The position numbers and the translations under genes were made by a program. The notes under the pieces were generated by a model. The model was not told the DNA's origin and did not search any database. It worked only from the letters and a program-made list of their open reading frames with translations. DNA of 64,000 nt from an uncultured Acidobacteriota bacterium (lineage in GTDB: Bacteria > Acidobacteriota > UBA6911). Below, piece by piece: positions 20,897-31,680 of the stretch (the first letter of the stretch is position 1; each line of letters begins with the position of its first letter). The stretch spans positions 1 to 64,000 of the forward strand of contig CAWHCF010000014.1 of assembly GCA_963827655.1 (NCBI GenBank), in the 5' to 3' direction.

Positions 20897-22333
20897 CTAT
20901 CCTTTGACCACACCCACGGGACGAAGGCGAGCCACCTTCTGACTGATACCGGCCCGCACTATGGCGTCTACGACGGAATGGACATTCTTGTAAGCCTCGG
21001 GCATCTCCTCGGCGACGGTCCGGCGCCCGGTTGCCATAAGGGTGATTCCGAGCTCGCTCATCTCCCGGAACAGGTCTCGTCCCTTGGCTTGTTTGAGCGC
21101 CTGGGTCCGGCTCTTGACGCGCCCTGCGCCGTGGCAGCTGCTGCCGAAGGTCTCATCCATCGCCTTCTGGGTTCCTGCCAGGATGTACGAACCGGTTCCC
21201 ATGTCGCCTGGGATCAGCACGGGCTGACCCACGGCCTGGTAAGCCGGCGGAAGGCAGGGAGAATGAGGAGGAAATGCCCGCGTGGCCCCTTTGCGATGCA
21301 CACAGACCATTTGTTCTTTCCCCTCGACGACGTGGCGCTCGAACTTGGCCACGTTGTGGCATACGTCATAGACCAGCCGGAAGCCTAGTTCCCTGGGGCT
21401 GATGTTCAGGGTCTCGAGAAACACCTGTTCGGCCAGGCCCATCATTACCTGTCGATTGCACCAGGCATAGTTGGCCGCGCACGACATTGCCGCCAGGTAA
21501 CCGCGTCCCTCCTCCGAGTCGAGCGGGGCGCAGGCAAGCTGGCGATCCGGAACTTGAATCCCGTACTTGCGCATCGCCTTGCCCATGACGGCAAGAAAGT
21601 CGTCGCAGACCTGGTATCCCAGTCCTCTCGATCCAGAGTGGATGAAAACCGCAAGGTTGCCTTCGTGAATTCCGAAAGCGCTTGCGACTTCCGGCACGAA
21701 GACCTGGTCGACCACATCGAGCTCGAGGAAGTGATTCCCGCTACCCAGTGTGCCGACCTGGGTCGAGCCTCGTTCCTTGGCTCGCGCGCTTACCTGCTCG
21801 GAGTCCGCATTCTTCAGCCGTCCCCCCTCCTCGGTATATTCGAGATCTTCGGGCCGGCCGAATCCCTTTTCGATCGCCCAGCGAGAACCGGTCTCGAGGA
21901 TGCTGCGCTGATCGGCAGGCGAAAGTCGACGAATCGCGCCCGATGAGCCGACCCCGGCCGGGATTTTGTTGTAAAGGCCCGTCACCAATTCGGCTATTCG
22001 ATTCTTGTTTTCCGCGAAGACCAGACTGGTGGCGACTAATCGGACCCCGCAGTTGATGTCGTATCCCACGCCACCCGGGGAAATCACACCGCCGTCCAGA
22101 CTCGTCGCCGCGACGCCGCCGATCGGGAAGCCATACCCCCAATGTATGTCGGGCATGGCGATCGAATACTTCATTATACCTGGCAAATGAGCCACATTTC
22201 TCACCTGCTGGAGACTCTCATCGGTCTTGGCGTCGGCCAGGAGATCGCGGGTCGCGTAGACTCGGCCAGGGACCCGCATATCCCCCGTCTTCGGGATCTC
22301 CCACAAGTAATCGTGAATCTTTTGAAGTTCCAT
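20897..22333 (-). CDS. rtcB: RNA-splicing ligase RtcB (long, archaeal/eukaryotic-like type)
   Basis: MPDIHWGYGFPIGGV, GVGYDINCG, GTLGSGNHF, HSGSRG, HRKGAT, HGAGR, EEMPEAYK. Confidence 0.95.
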   Translation of the reverse strand: MELQKIHDYLWEIPKTGDMRVPGRVYATRDLLADAKTDESLQQVRNVAHLPGIMKYSIAMPDIHWGYGFPIGGVAATSLDGGVISPGGVGYDINCGVRLVATSLVFAENKNRIAELVTGLYNKIPAGVGSSGAIRRLSPADQRSILETGSRWAIEKGFGRPEDLEYTEEGGRLKNADSEQVSARAKERGSTQVGTLGSGNHFLELDVVDQVFVPEVASAFGIHEGNLAVFIHSGSRGLGYQVCDDFLAVMGKAMRKYGIQVPDRQLACAPLDSEEGRGYLAAMSCAANYAWCNRQVMMGLAEQVFLETLNISPRELGFRLVYDVCHNVAKFERHVVEGKEQMVCVHRKGATRAFPPHSPCLPPAYQAVGQPVLIPGDMGTGSYILAGTQKAMDETFGSSCHGAGRVKSRTQALKQAKGRDLFREMSELGITLMATGRRTVAEEMPEAYKNVHSVVDAIVRAGISQKVARLRPVGVVKG

Positions 22334-22408
22334 AACCTTCCTATGACCGATAACGAATGCAGATAACCGTCAAGAAATGAGGTTCATTCAATCAAACGCC
22401 CGCCGTTT

Positions 22409-22837
22409 TCATACATCCAGAATGATGTTCGCCCTCCATAGGCTCCCTTCCTGAATAACCACCAGGTGGTGATAGGTGACCGCCTTCACTTCACGATAGT
22501 TGCCGTGGGAAGACTCATCCCAAATCCGGCCCACGAGAGTTGTCTGCAGACTTCCGGTCGAGACATCCAGTTTCTCCGCGCGTTCGGTGTAATTATGGTG
22601 GTGCTGGAATTCATAGATCAGCTCCTGCAGCCAGCGTACCATGAGCTCCTCCAGATCTTCAGCCCTCAGATGAAGATCGCGGCTGCGAAACTCTCCCGAT
22701 GGGGGAGGCGGGCCGATCCAGTCCATCAAGGCACGGCCGGCGACCGCAAAGAGCGCGGCGCACGAGGGCGCGCTGACGCGGATACCAATATCGGCAGAAT
22801 GATCAAACAACTCGTAATGTCCACAGGCGCCGTTCAT
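22409..22837 (-). CDS. Archease
   Basis: YELFDHSADIG N-terminus, EVKAVTYH, C-terminal ILDV; directly upstream of rtcB. Confidence 0.92.
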   Translation of the reverse strand: MNGACGHYELFDHSADIGIRVSAPSCAALFAVAGRALMDWIGPPPPSGEFRSRDLHLRAEDLEELMVRWLQELIYEFQHHHNYTERAEKLDVSTGSLQTTLVGRIWDESSHGNYREVKAVTYHHLVVIQEGSLWRANIILDV

Positions 22838-23048
22838 TTGACAAAGCTACTGCGCTCTTCAGCGGTATTGCAAGCACGCAACGTGTTATCCTTAGGTTCT
22901 CAGCGGTGACTAAAAAAACCGACCGGCAGCGCGACCCGAAGATCCGGTCCGTGTGCGGAGGTTTTAATCGGCCGGCCGTCTGTGTAGAATTGATCAACAA
23001 GACTCGACATCGGAAACATCGAAGAAAGAGACCTACAGAAAACGTCGC

Positions 23049-24924
23049 ATGAAAAATCATTACGAGCCCAGGAGAAAGTTTGTGATCCACCGGAGGCGCT
23101 CTGAATCGACGACCGCGGACTCATCCTTCCGCAAGACGGAGGAACTGCTCCGCCAGAGCGAGGAACGCTACCGGGAGTTGTTCGAGAACGCCAACGACAT
23201 CGTATATACCCACGACCTGGCAGGCAACTTCACCTCGCTCAACAAGGCCGCAGAGCGAATCACCGGATACAGCCGGCAGGAAGCTCTCAAGATGAACTTC
23301 GCCGACGTGATAGCCCCTGAGGACCTCGACAAAGCGCGCAAAATGGTACAGCGCAAGGTCGCCGAAAATGTGAGCACGACCTACGAGATCGAGGTGGTTA
23401 CCAAGAACAATGAAAGGGTGGCGCTGGAAGTCAGCACGCGGCTGATTTACCAGGACGGAGCGCCGGTGGCAGTCCAGGGCATTGCCCGGGATATCACGGA
23501 TCGCAAGCAAGCGGAGAGAATGCTGCGCGAAAGCGAGATGAGACTCAAAGCGCTGGTGGGCTCAATCGACGAGATTGTCTTCGAATTTGATCAAGAGGGA
23601 ACGTATCTGAATGTCTGGACTGCCAACGAGGACCTGCTCTCTTCATCCGAGGAAAGAGTTGATCGGCCGCCGTGCGACGGAGTTCTTCGACGAGGAATTC
23701 ATGCGTCCGTTCCTGGAGGCTTTCAAACGCGTGCTAGGCAGCGGGCAGGCTGAAAGCATCGAATATCCGCTCAATCTCCGGGGTGAGACGCACTGGTTCC
23801 TGGCTCGCATCAGTCCGATACCGTCTGCTGATGGGTCCTACAAGACGGTTTGCATGTTCGCCCGCGATATCACCGAACGCAAGAAGGCCGAGGAGGCGCT
23901 GCGGAATGCCTATGAGAGCCTGGGAGCCAAGGTCAACGAGCTTCAGCAGCACAAGCGCGAGATCACTCTGCTGGGAGAAATGGGCGACATGCTGCAGGCT
24001 TGTCTGACCGCCGACGAGGCTTACACCGTGATCAGTCAGGCGGCTCAGCAACTTTTTGCCGGGGAGCAGGGTGCGCTTTGCGTTCTGAACGAGTCGCAGG
24101 CGGTCGTCGAACCGGTATCGACCTGGGGGCAGAGCCAGGTCACCCAGGTATTCGGGCCTGATGAATGCTGGGCACTTCGGCGCGGGCGAACCCACAGTGT
24201 TCCAGACACCCGCGACGGATTGATCTGCAAACATCTCACGCGGCCCCTCCCTGGCGCTTATATCTGTGTTCAGCTGATGGCCCAGGGCAAGACGCTCGGA
24301 ATCCTGCATCTAAGCCAGCCGGAACCGACTCGCCTGAACCAGGCCAAACAGCAGCTCGTGGTCACAATGGCCGAGCATGCCGCTTTGGCTTTGTCGAACC
24401 TGAGACTCTACGAGACTCTACGTAATCAGTCCACTCGAGATCCCCTGACCAATCTGTTCAATCGCCGCTGCATGGAGGAATCTCTCGACCGGGAGCTGCG
24501 CCGCGCTCAACCCAGCCAGCGCCAGCTTACGCTGATCATGCTCGACCTTGACCACTTCAAGCGTTTCAACGACACCTTCGGCCACGACGCCGGGGATGCC
24601 ATCCTTCGAGAGGTGGGAAAACTTTTAGGAACAAACTTTCGAGGTGAAGACATCGCGTGCCGGTACGGCGGCGACGAGTTCACGGTCATTCTACCGGTAG
24701 CCCCACTGGAGGTCGCCGAACATCGGGCCCAAGAGTTGCGAAGAGCGATAAAGGACCTTGAAATCCCCTACCTTAACCCCACGCTGGACCGCGTCACCGT
24801 CTCGATGGGCATAGCCAGATTTCCTGAACATGGCTCAAACGCCGAGACTCTTCTGAGATCGGCCGATCGCGCCCTCTATCGAGCCAAAGCTGCCGGACGA
24901 AACTGCATCGAGATCGCAACCTGA
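23049..24924 (+). CDS. PAS-PAS-GAF-GGDEF diguanylate cyclase (one frameshift near 23640)
   Basis: ORFs 23049..23753 and 23611..24924 join if one base is removed at ~23640; RDPLTNLFNRR, RGED I-site, RYGGDEF. Confidence 0.85.
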
Positions 24925-25040
24925 ACCGACGAGACAAGATTCTTGGTGTTTCTTCGCATCTCGGGGGCATTATTTGTTCCGGACCCTGCTGGTGATCGTC
25001 TACCTCCGGGCGTAGAATGCACGTGAAAGGAGGCCCGATT

Positions 25041-25220
25041 ATGGCAGTCTCCAAAGGCGACCTCGTTAAAGGCATCATTTTCCTGGGTCTCGGTCTGTTA
25101 TTCCTGCTGCTGGAACTGGACCTGATCCGGATGCGCAACCTGTGGCCCTTGATCTTGATTGTCGTGGGGCTGTGCCTCCTGGCCAGCTACTTCGTCGAGC
25201 GACGCCCTTCGGCTCCATGA
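25041..25220 (+). CDS. Small two-TM membrane protein (LiaF/DUF5668-like)
   Basis: GIIFLGLGLLFLL...LWPLILIVVG; AGGAGG RBS; stop overlaps lptD start (ATGA). Confidence 0.7.
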   Translation: MAVSKGDLVKGIIFLGLGLLFLLLELDLIRMRNLWPLILIVVGLCLLASYFVERRPSAP

Positions 25221-27484
25221 CGCTCAAGCCCGGCTGGGGGTTTTTTGCGCCTTCGCGCGCCGGCACTAGCCGCCGGTTTTGCTGGATTCTCGCCTCTCTA
25301 TTGCTCCGGTTCGGACCCGGCAGTCAGCTTCTTGCTCAAGAGCCGCCGGCCGCCCAGACCACCGAAAGAGTTCGCACGGAGATCCCGTATCGCGAGGGAA
25401 CCGCCGTGCTCGTCTCCGACTTTCAGGAGCGTGTTACCAAGACTCGCTACCGCGCGCGCGGCCGGGTTGAGATTACTTACCAGGACATGGTGATTACGTG
25501 CGATGAGGCCGAATATGACGAGATTACCCGCGAAGGTTTGACCCGGGGACCTACGCGATTCAGCCAGAAGGCCCAGTGGCTCACTTGCTCCAGAGCCGAG
25601 TTTAACTTTGCCAGTGAGACCGGCACTTTCTACGATGCGTCCGGGTTTACGGATCAGGAATTCCTGATCCAGGGACGTACCATCGTGAAGACCGGTCGCG
25701 ATACCTACACCGTACAAGAAGGCTTTGTCACCGCCTGCCAGGAACAAGACCCCAAATGGTCGTTTCTGACCTCGAAGGCATTGATCCGCGTCGATCAGAC
25801 GGCCCGCCTGCGCCACGTGGTATTCAGGATCAAGAAAGTTCCGGTCTTCTATGCGCCTTACCTGATAGTCCCGATGGAAAAGAAGAAACGGAATAGTGGA
25901 TTCCTGCCTCCACGGATAGGCACCTCGACATCCAAGGGACGGGTTTTTGGCGGTGGCTATTTTCAGACTCTGGGAGAGAGCTTTGACGCCACTTTCTACG
26001 GGGACTATTTCACCGAGCGTGGCCTGGCCTACGGAGGAGTCTTTCGAGCCCGGCCCAATCCCCAGACCCGGCTTTACCTCGAGGCGTATGGAATCGACGA
26101 CCGTTTGGGACAAGGCGGGGCGCATCTGGTAGTCCACGGCGAAAGTTCATTCAAGAACGGCTTTCGAGCCGTAGCCAGTGTCAATGCCACAACCAACTTC
26201 GAGTTTCGCCAAGCATTTGCCGAATCTTTTCGATCGGCCGTTATTCCGGAAGAGCGTTCAATTCTCTTCCTCACGCAGAATGAGAAGAGCTATTCGAGCA
26301 ATTTCGCCTTTCAGCGCGACGAGGTCTTTTTCCCTAGCCGGTCGGTGGTGATACGGAAATCTCCCTCAATCGAGTTTCTCAGTCTGGGCCAGACCCTTGG
26401 GAACTTCCCGCTCTACTTTCAGTTTCGAATGGCGGCTGAAGGCATGTCCAGGGTCGACGCGCAACTCGAAACGCCCAAGATCGTCCAGCGGCTGGACCTG
26501 TTTCCGCGGGCAACCCTGCGGCTCCCGTCGCTGGGCGGGTTTTCTCTGATACCCACGGTCGGTTTTCGCGAGACCTACTATTCCGCGCGCATCGAGGAAC
26601 AGGCTGAGCCGCAGGTGGTGCCCCAAAGTCTTCACCGGCAATACGTCGACTTCGAGCTTGATTTGCGGACTCCAACACTGGAAAAGAGTTTTCGCGACAC
26701 TCGAGCGGGAACTTTCAGGCACGTGATCGAACCCGTGGCGACCTACCGCTGGATCAGCGGGATAGACAACCTGAGTCAGACCATACGCTTCGACGATCAG
26801 GACGCGATTGCCGATACCAGCGAAATCGAATACGGAATCGTAAACCGCATTTTCAAGAATCGCGAATCCAGTCCAGGGGTTCAGCAGCAGTTCGAGTTCC
26901 TGGCCGTCAGCCTGACGCAAAAATACTACTTCGATCCTGACTTCGGTGGAGCGTTCAGGCCCGGCGAACCCAACATGTTTTTTCCGTTAAACACCCTCAC
27001 CGGGTTCGCGCTGACTGGAACCCGTCGCAGCCTGGCCCCAACCACCATTGCGGTTCGCCTGACGCCCAGGCCGGGAGTCTCGTACGACGCCCGGGCGGAT
27101 TTTGACACCAAGGTTCAAGAGTTTCGCGATGCGAGCCTTACCACCGTTTGGCAGGGGGAGAAGCTGTTTATTGCAGGCACCTACTTCAAGACTCAGGCGC
27201 TCGAACCGGGAACGTTCGAGAGCAACCAGGTCCAGGCTCAGGCGGGCTACGGGTCGCCGGTGCGAGGATTCTCGGGGAGTTTGACTTTGAGCCACGACAT
27301 CCGCACGTCAAAGCTGCTCAGCAGTCATACACGCCTGAACTACGCCTGGGATTGCTGCGGAGTCGCGTTCGAATTCCTGCAGTTCGACCTTGGGGCACGA
27401 AAGGAAAGCCGGTTCAGCTTTTCGTTCACTCTCAGGGGAATCGGAAGCTTCGGCAACATCAAGAGACCCGAGACCCTGTTTTAG
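25217..27484 (+). CDS. lptD: LPS assembly protein LptD
   Basis: OstA-like N-terminus, VPVFYAPY..P..RNSGFLPP, beta-barrel C-terminus YAWDCCG..FTLRGIG. Confidence 0.85.
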   Translation: MTLKPGWGFFAPSRAGTSRRFCWILASLLLRFGPGSQLLAQEPPAAQTTERVRTEIPYREGTAVLVSDFQERVTKTRYRARGRVEITYQDMVITCDEAEYDEITREGLTRGPTRFSQKAQWLTCSRAEFNFASETGTFYDASGFTDQEFLIQGRTIVKTGRDTYTVQEGFVTACQEQDPKWSFLTSKALIRVDQTARLRHVVFRIKKVPVFYAPYLIVPMEKKKRNSGFLPPRIGTSTSKGRVFGGGYFQTLGESFDATFYGDYFTERGLAYGGVFRARPNPQTRLYLEAYGIDDRLGQGGAHLVVHGESSFKNGFRAVASVNATTNFEFRQAFAESFRSAVIPEERSILFLTQNEKSYSSNFAFQRDEVFFPSRSVVIRKSPSIEFLSLGQTLGNFPLYFQFRMAAEGMSRVDAQLETPKIVQRLDLFPRATLRLPSLGGFSLIPTVGFRETYYSARIEEQAEPQVVPQSLHRQYVDFELDLRTPTLEKSFRDTRAGTFRHVIEPVATYRWISGIDNLSQTIRFDDQDAIADTSEIEYGIVNRIFKNRESSPGVQQQFEFLAVSLTQKYYFDPDFGGAFRPGEPNMFFPLNTLTGFALTGTRRSLAPTTIAVRLTPRPGVSYDARADFDTKVQEFRDASLTTVWQGEKLFIAGTYFKTQALEPGTFESNQVQAQAGYGSPVRGFSGSLTLSHDIRTSKLLSSHTRLNYAWDCCGVAFEFLQFDLGARKESRFSFSFTLRGIGSFGNIKRPETLF

Positions 27485-27614
27485 CAGTCAGCAGTCAGCA
27501 TCAGCAATCAGCAGTCAGGAATCAGCAGTCAGCATTCGGAATGAAGTAGAGACACGACTCCCGACGCGTTCAACGCTATTCCTGCTTCTGATGCTGACTG
27601 CTGATAGCTGACTG
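27483..27614. repeat. Inverted heptamer tandem-repeat hairpin (AGCAGTC)n ... (CTGACTG)n
   Basis: About 8 units at 27483-27537 and about 4 inverted units at 27588-27614, between lptD and folK. Confidence 0.85.
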
Positions 27615-27626
27615 TAGCGAAGCTCA

Positions 27627-28145
27627 ATGTCCACGACACGCCTGTCCGAATCCGCTTATCTCTCGCTCGGTTCCAACCTCGGCAACCGCGAGGCCAATCT
27701 GAACCAGGCTGTCCGCATGCTTCGAGATCCCGATCGGGTGACGGTAGCGCGTATCTCCGGTTGTTTTGAAACGGAGCCCGTCGGCTATCGGGATCAACCC
27801 TGGTTTCTCAACCTCGCGCTTGAGATCCGCACCTCTCTTACACCCCGCCAGTTGCTCGACCGCTGCAAAGGGATCGAGAGGTCGATGGGACGCGTTCCCA
27901 CCTTTCAGGGCGCGCCCCGCGTTATAGACCTCGACGTCCTGCTGTATGGGAAGCGGATTGTAGACGACCTTGACCTCACGATTCCTCATCCTCGAATGGC
28001 GCAGCGGAGATTCGTACTGGAACCGCTATCGGAAATCGCTCCGGACGCAATTCACCCCGTGCTGGGAATAAACCTCCGGTCGATACTGCTGGCTTGTCCG
28101 GATTCAGCCACCGTGAGACCCCATCCCGCGCGGGTCCTGATTTAG
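27627..28145 (+). CDS. folK: 2-amino-4-hydroxy-6-hydroxymethyldihydropteridine diphosphokinase
   Basis: AYLSLGSNLGNR, ETEPVG..DQPWFLN, PRVIDLDVL, IPHPRM..RRFVL.P. Confidence 0.95.
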   Translation: MSTTRLSESAYLSLGSNLGNREANLNQAVRMLRDPDRVTVARISGCFETEPVGYRDQPWFLNLALEIRTSLTPRQLLDRCKGIERSMGRVPTFQGAPRVIDLDVLLYGKRIVDDLDLTIPHPRMAQRRFVLEPLSEIAPDAIHPVLGINLRSILLACPDSATVRPHPARVLI

Positions 28146-28217
28146 CGCTTTTGCGGTCAATAGGCAGGCCGGGAATTCCTTTGAAAGGTGGTGGAATTCC
28201 GTTATGATGCCGCCGCC

Positions 28218-29072
28218 ATGGAGATCGTAAACCGGGTTTCTCGCATGTCCTCAATTTGCTCGAAAGTCACGGCGGGGGACATGAAAATCGGTCTGGTTTC
28301 GACCATGGGCGCCATCCACCCCGGTCACCTCAGTCTCATACAAACCGCGCGGAAGATGACCGACCTGGTCGTGGTTTCCATCTTCGTAAATCGGCTCCAG
28401 TTTCTCACCGAAGAGGAGTACCAGAAGTATCCTCGCGACATCACGAAAGATGTGGACCTGCTTCGCCATGAGAACGTGGACTACGTGTTTACGCCGCCTG
28501 AGGAGGAGATGTACCCTCCGGACTTCTCCACTTATGTCTCGGTTGATAACTACGGGCAGAAAATACCGGGGCTTCACCGGAGCGCGTACTTCAGGGGAAT
28601 GCCAACCAGCGTGACGAAGATGATCCATATCGTGAAGCCGGCTTTCATCTTTTTCGGCCAGAAGGATGGTCTGCAAGGCGCGATTCTGCGCAAGATGATC
28701 CTCGATCTGAACACCAATACCGAGGTCGTCGTCACGCCGGTAGTCCGGGACGCTTCGGGACTCGCCTATGCGGCCAGAAATTATTTCCTGACCGACACAG
28801 AAAAGAGAGCGGCGCCGGTCGTCTACCAGAGCCTCAAAGCCGCAGAACGAGCGATAGCCGCGGGCGAGACTCAGTCGAAGAAAGTCCTTAAGGAGATCAC
28901 CGCAGTCATCGAAACCGAATCCCAGGCCAAGCTGGAGTACGCGGTCGTGGCCGATCCGGAAACCCTCGAACCGCTCGCCAAAATACAGGGCCCCGCACTG
29001 ATCGCCGTGGGAGCGATGATCGGAAACACCTCCCTGGACGACTCACTCCTGGTGGAAAAACCAGCCAAATGA
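28218..29072 (+). CDS. panC: Pantoate--beta-alanine ligase-like protein, motif-divergent
   Basis: TMGAIHPGH, SIFVN.LQF, YPRD, FGQKD; several canonical motifs altered (see findings). Confidence 0.8.
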   Translation: MEIVNRVSRMSSICSKVTAGDMKIGLVSTMGAIHPGHLSLIQTARKMTDLVVVSIFVNRLQFLTEEEYQKYPRDITKDVDLLRHENVDYVFTPPEEEMYPPDFSTYVSVDNYGQKIPGLHRSAYFRGMPTSVTKMIHIVKPAFIFFGQKDGLQGAILRKMILDLNTNTEVVVTPVVRDASGLAYAARNYFLTDTEKRAAPVVYQSLKAAERAIAAGETQSKKVLKEITAVIETESQAKLEYAVVADPETLEPLAKIQGPALIAVGAMIGNTSLDDSLLVEKPAK

Positions 29073-29346
29073 GCCCGTCTCTTCGAGGCAACAGCGCACA
29101 GCCATCCCGGAAGGGCCCATCCCGGCCTAACGCCCGGGCAGTCCGAAGCCAGCGACCGCACTCCAGGGGCGCCCGTGAAATGTCCCGACTCCAGGGCCCT
29201 ACAGGCTTGGCAACTGTAAAACACGCTGAAACGATTACGACTCATCCGTCACAACTAGTGAGATGCTCGCCCGGGTTACAGGAGTGCTTCGGTCGGTGCA
29301 TTGAAGCAAAGACTTGAATTGGCGCGGTTTGGCGTATTCTAAATAC

Positions 29347-29374
29347 TTGCAAAGCCCGTAGATTATGCTATCCT
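29347..29374 (+). promoter_or_regulatory. Putative sigma-70 promoter for dacB-moaD-moaE
   Basis: TTGCAA-N16-TATCCT with extended -10 TG; AGGAGG RBS downstream. Confidence 0.4.
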
Positions 29375-29455
29375 AACGGACAAACGGGCAGAGTTTGCCC
29401 CGAGATTCGCGCAGAATGAGTTAGATTTTTAGAATACTGTCAGGAGGATGAACGT

Positions 29456-30922
29456 TTGCCACTCCCCCGACGAAGATTTCTTACCGTCGTCATTTTCGCC
29501 ACGCTGGTTTCAGCCGCCAATGCGGGCGCAGCGTCCCTCGAAGCAATTCAGGAAAAAGTCACTCAGTATCTGAACAGCCGGGCTCTTCGCTCATCGGAAT
29601 GGGGCATCGAGATTATCGATCCCAAGAATAACCAGGTACTGTTTTCGGTCAATTCCGAAAAGACTTTCACACCGGCTTCGGTGGTCAAGGTGCTGACAAC
29701 CGCTACCGCCCTGGAAAAACTCGGCCCGGACTTCAGATACAAAACCGGTGTCTATACCAATGGCGTTCTGCAGGCCGACGGAACGCTTGTCGGCGACCTG
29801 ATTCTGGTGGGCCGTGGGGACCCGAACCTGCTCAATCCGCCGGGCGATGGGCCGTCACAGCAGGCCTTCGAGGAGCTGGCGGGTAAGTTGAAGGCCGCAG
29901 GCGTTAAGAACGTCCTGGGTAACATCGTAGGAGACGACAGCTATTTCGAGTTCCCGACCCGTGGAAAGAGATGGACTTCCGCCGAGATGAAGTCTTTCCA
30001 TGGCGTTCCCATCAGCGCGCTGACCGTGAACAACAACGTCTTCTGGGTTCAAGTCCGGCCAACAAGGTACCAACAGCTGGTGAGCGTCGGCCTCGAGCCG
30101 CGGTCGTCGTATCTTCGCATCCGGAACCTCGGTGTAACCGGCGGCCGAAATCCAAGCGCACGCTTTACGCCCGGTTAGTTCCTGGAACGCGAACCGTGGT
30201 AGTCTCCGGTGTTCTGCCCTCCTCCTATGCGGGCTACGGCCAGTACATCCTCATTGATAAGCCGGCGGAAGTCGCCGCCGGCATGCTTAAAGACGAGCTG
30301 GCGAGGAACGGAATTTCCCTCAGAGGGTCCGTGGATGTTTTGCATCAAGGAGACGTCTCGCCTGAACATAAACGAAAATGGGACCTGTTAGCGGAATACC
30401 AGTCTGTCACCGCTGGTGCGGGCCCTCGAAATCATAAACAAGAGCAGCCAGAATCTTCACGCCGAGATGTTGCTCCGCACGCTGGGCGCCGAATTTCGCG
30501 GGTCCGGAAGCGAAGAAGCCGGTCTGCAAGTCATCCGGGAGTTCCTGGCGGAAACGGGTGTCGAGACGAAGGGAATCAGCCTTACCGATGGAAGCGGGCT
30601 CTCGAGAGCCAATCTCTTGACTCCGCGTTTCCAGACCTCCCTGATGCTTTTCCTGTCTACCCGTCCGCACTTCGACCTCTTCCTTAACACTCTCGCGGTC
30701 AGCGGCACTGACGGCACATTGAGGAACCGCTTATCCTCCGAGCGAGGTGTCATTCACGCCAAGACAGGCACTTTATCAGGAGTGTCGTCGCTTTCGGGCT
30801 ACATGACCACGAAGTCTGGACGTAACCTTGTATTCAGTATCTTCGCTAATTTTCGAGCTTCGGTAGGACGAATCCGCAAGACCATCGACGAAATCTGCCG
30901 ACTGTTTGTCAGCCAGTACTGA
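29456..30922 (+). CDS. dacB: D-alanyl-D-alanine carboxypeptidase/endopeptidase PBP4 (two frameshifts, ~30149 and ~30406)
   Basis: PASVVK (SxxK), GRGDP, SQN, DGSGLSR, AKTGTL distributed over three consecutive overlapping ORFs. Confidence 0.88.
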
Positions 30923-31188
30923 TGAGCATTCGAGTTCTTTTTTTCGCTTCTCTCGCCGATGTCACCGGCGTGCGCGAGACCGAACTGGATTCTTCTCCTT
31001 TCCCGGACGTCTCATCCGTCTTCGAAAATTTCGTCAGAGAGTATCCTGCGCTTGGGGCGCACCGCGCGTCGCTGATGTGTGCCATCAACCTGGAATTTGC
31101 CAACCCTGATTCCCCGGTTCATGACGGCGACGAGATCGCGTTCTTTCCTCCAGTCAGCGGAGGGTGGGATGTACCGGCTGGTGCGTGA
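30922..31188 (+). CDS. moaD: Molybdopterin synthase sulfur carrier MoaD (GG followed by 7-aa extension)
   Basis: IRVLFFA...DGDEIAFFPPVSGG-WDVPAGA. Confidence 0.85.
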   Translation: MSIRVLFFASLADVTGVRETELDSSPFPDVSSVFENFVREYPALGAHRASLMCAINLEFANPDSPVHDGDEIAFFPPVSGGWDVPAGA

Positions 31189-31579
31189 ACCCATCAATCT
31201 TCAGGCGCTCACGGACGCCCTGGTTTGCCCGGAAGATGGGGCCGTAGCGGTTTTCGAAGGCATAGTGCGGAATCACGCGCGAGGAAAGCGTGTGCTTTAC
31301 CTCGAATACTACGCTTACGAATCAATGGCTCTCAAGATGCTCGAGGAAGTTGGCGCGCGCGCGAAAAACAACTATGCCATCAGCGCTATCGGGATCCTGC
31401 ATCGTTTGGGCCGGCTCAACCACAGCGACTGCAGCGTCGCAATCGTGGTCGCGTCGCCTCACCGTGGTCCCGCTTTCGAAGCCTGCCGCTTCGCGATCGA
31501 CACGCTCAAGAAGATTGTTCCGATCTGGAAGAAGGAATTCTATGAGGACGGTGAAGTCTGGATCGAAGGAGGCAACTGA
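31169..31579 (+). CDS. moaE: Molybdopterin synthase catalytic subunit MoaE
   Basis: GAVAVFEGIVRN, LEYYAY, HRLG, SPHR..AFEAC, VPIWKKE. Confidence 0.93.
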   Translation: MYRLVREPINLQALTDALVCPEDGAVAVFEGIVRNHARGKRVLYLEYYAYESMALKMLEEVGARAKNNYAISAIGILHRLGRLNHSDCSVAIVVASPHRGPAFEACRFAIDTLKKIVPIWKKEFYEDGEVWIEGGN

Positions 31580-31581
31580 CA

Positions 31582-31680
31582 GATTGCGATTTACGATTTA
31601 CGATTGACGATTGACGATTGAAAAAACGACGTTCTCAGTTTAGGCCAATCCGTCAATCGGCAATCGTAAATCGTCAATCG
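31582..31680. repeat. Inverted heptamer tandem-repeat hairpin (GATTKAC)n ... (GTCAATC)n
   Basis: Arms 31582-31620 and 31646-31680, between convergent moaE and recR. Confidence 0.85.

Noticed and set aside
25226-25247. Terminator-like GC stretch followed by T run
   Set aside because: Weak stem, lying within the probable lptD coding start.
29069-29317. 82-aa ORF after panC (possible panD)
   Set aside because: No PanD motifs; composition looks non-coding.
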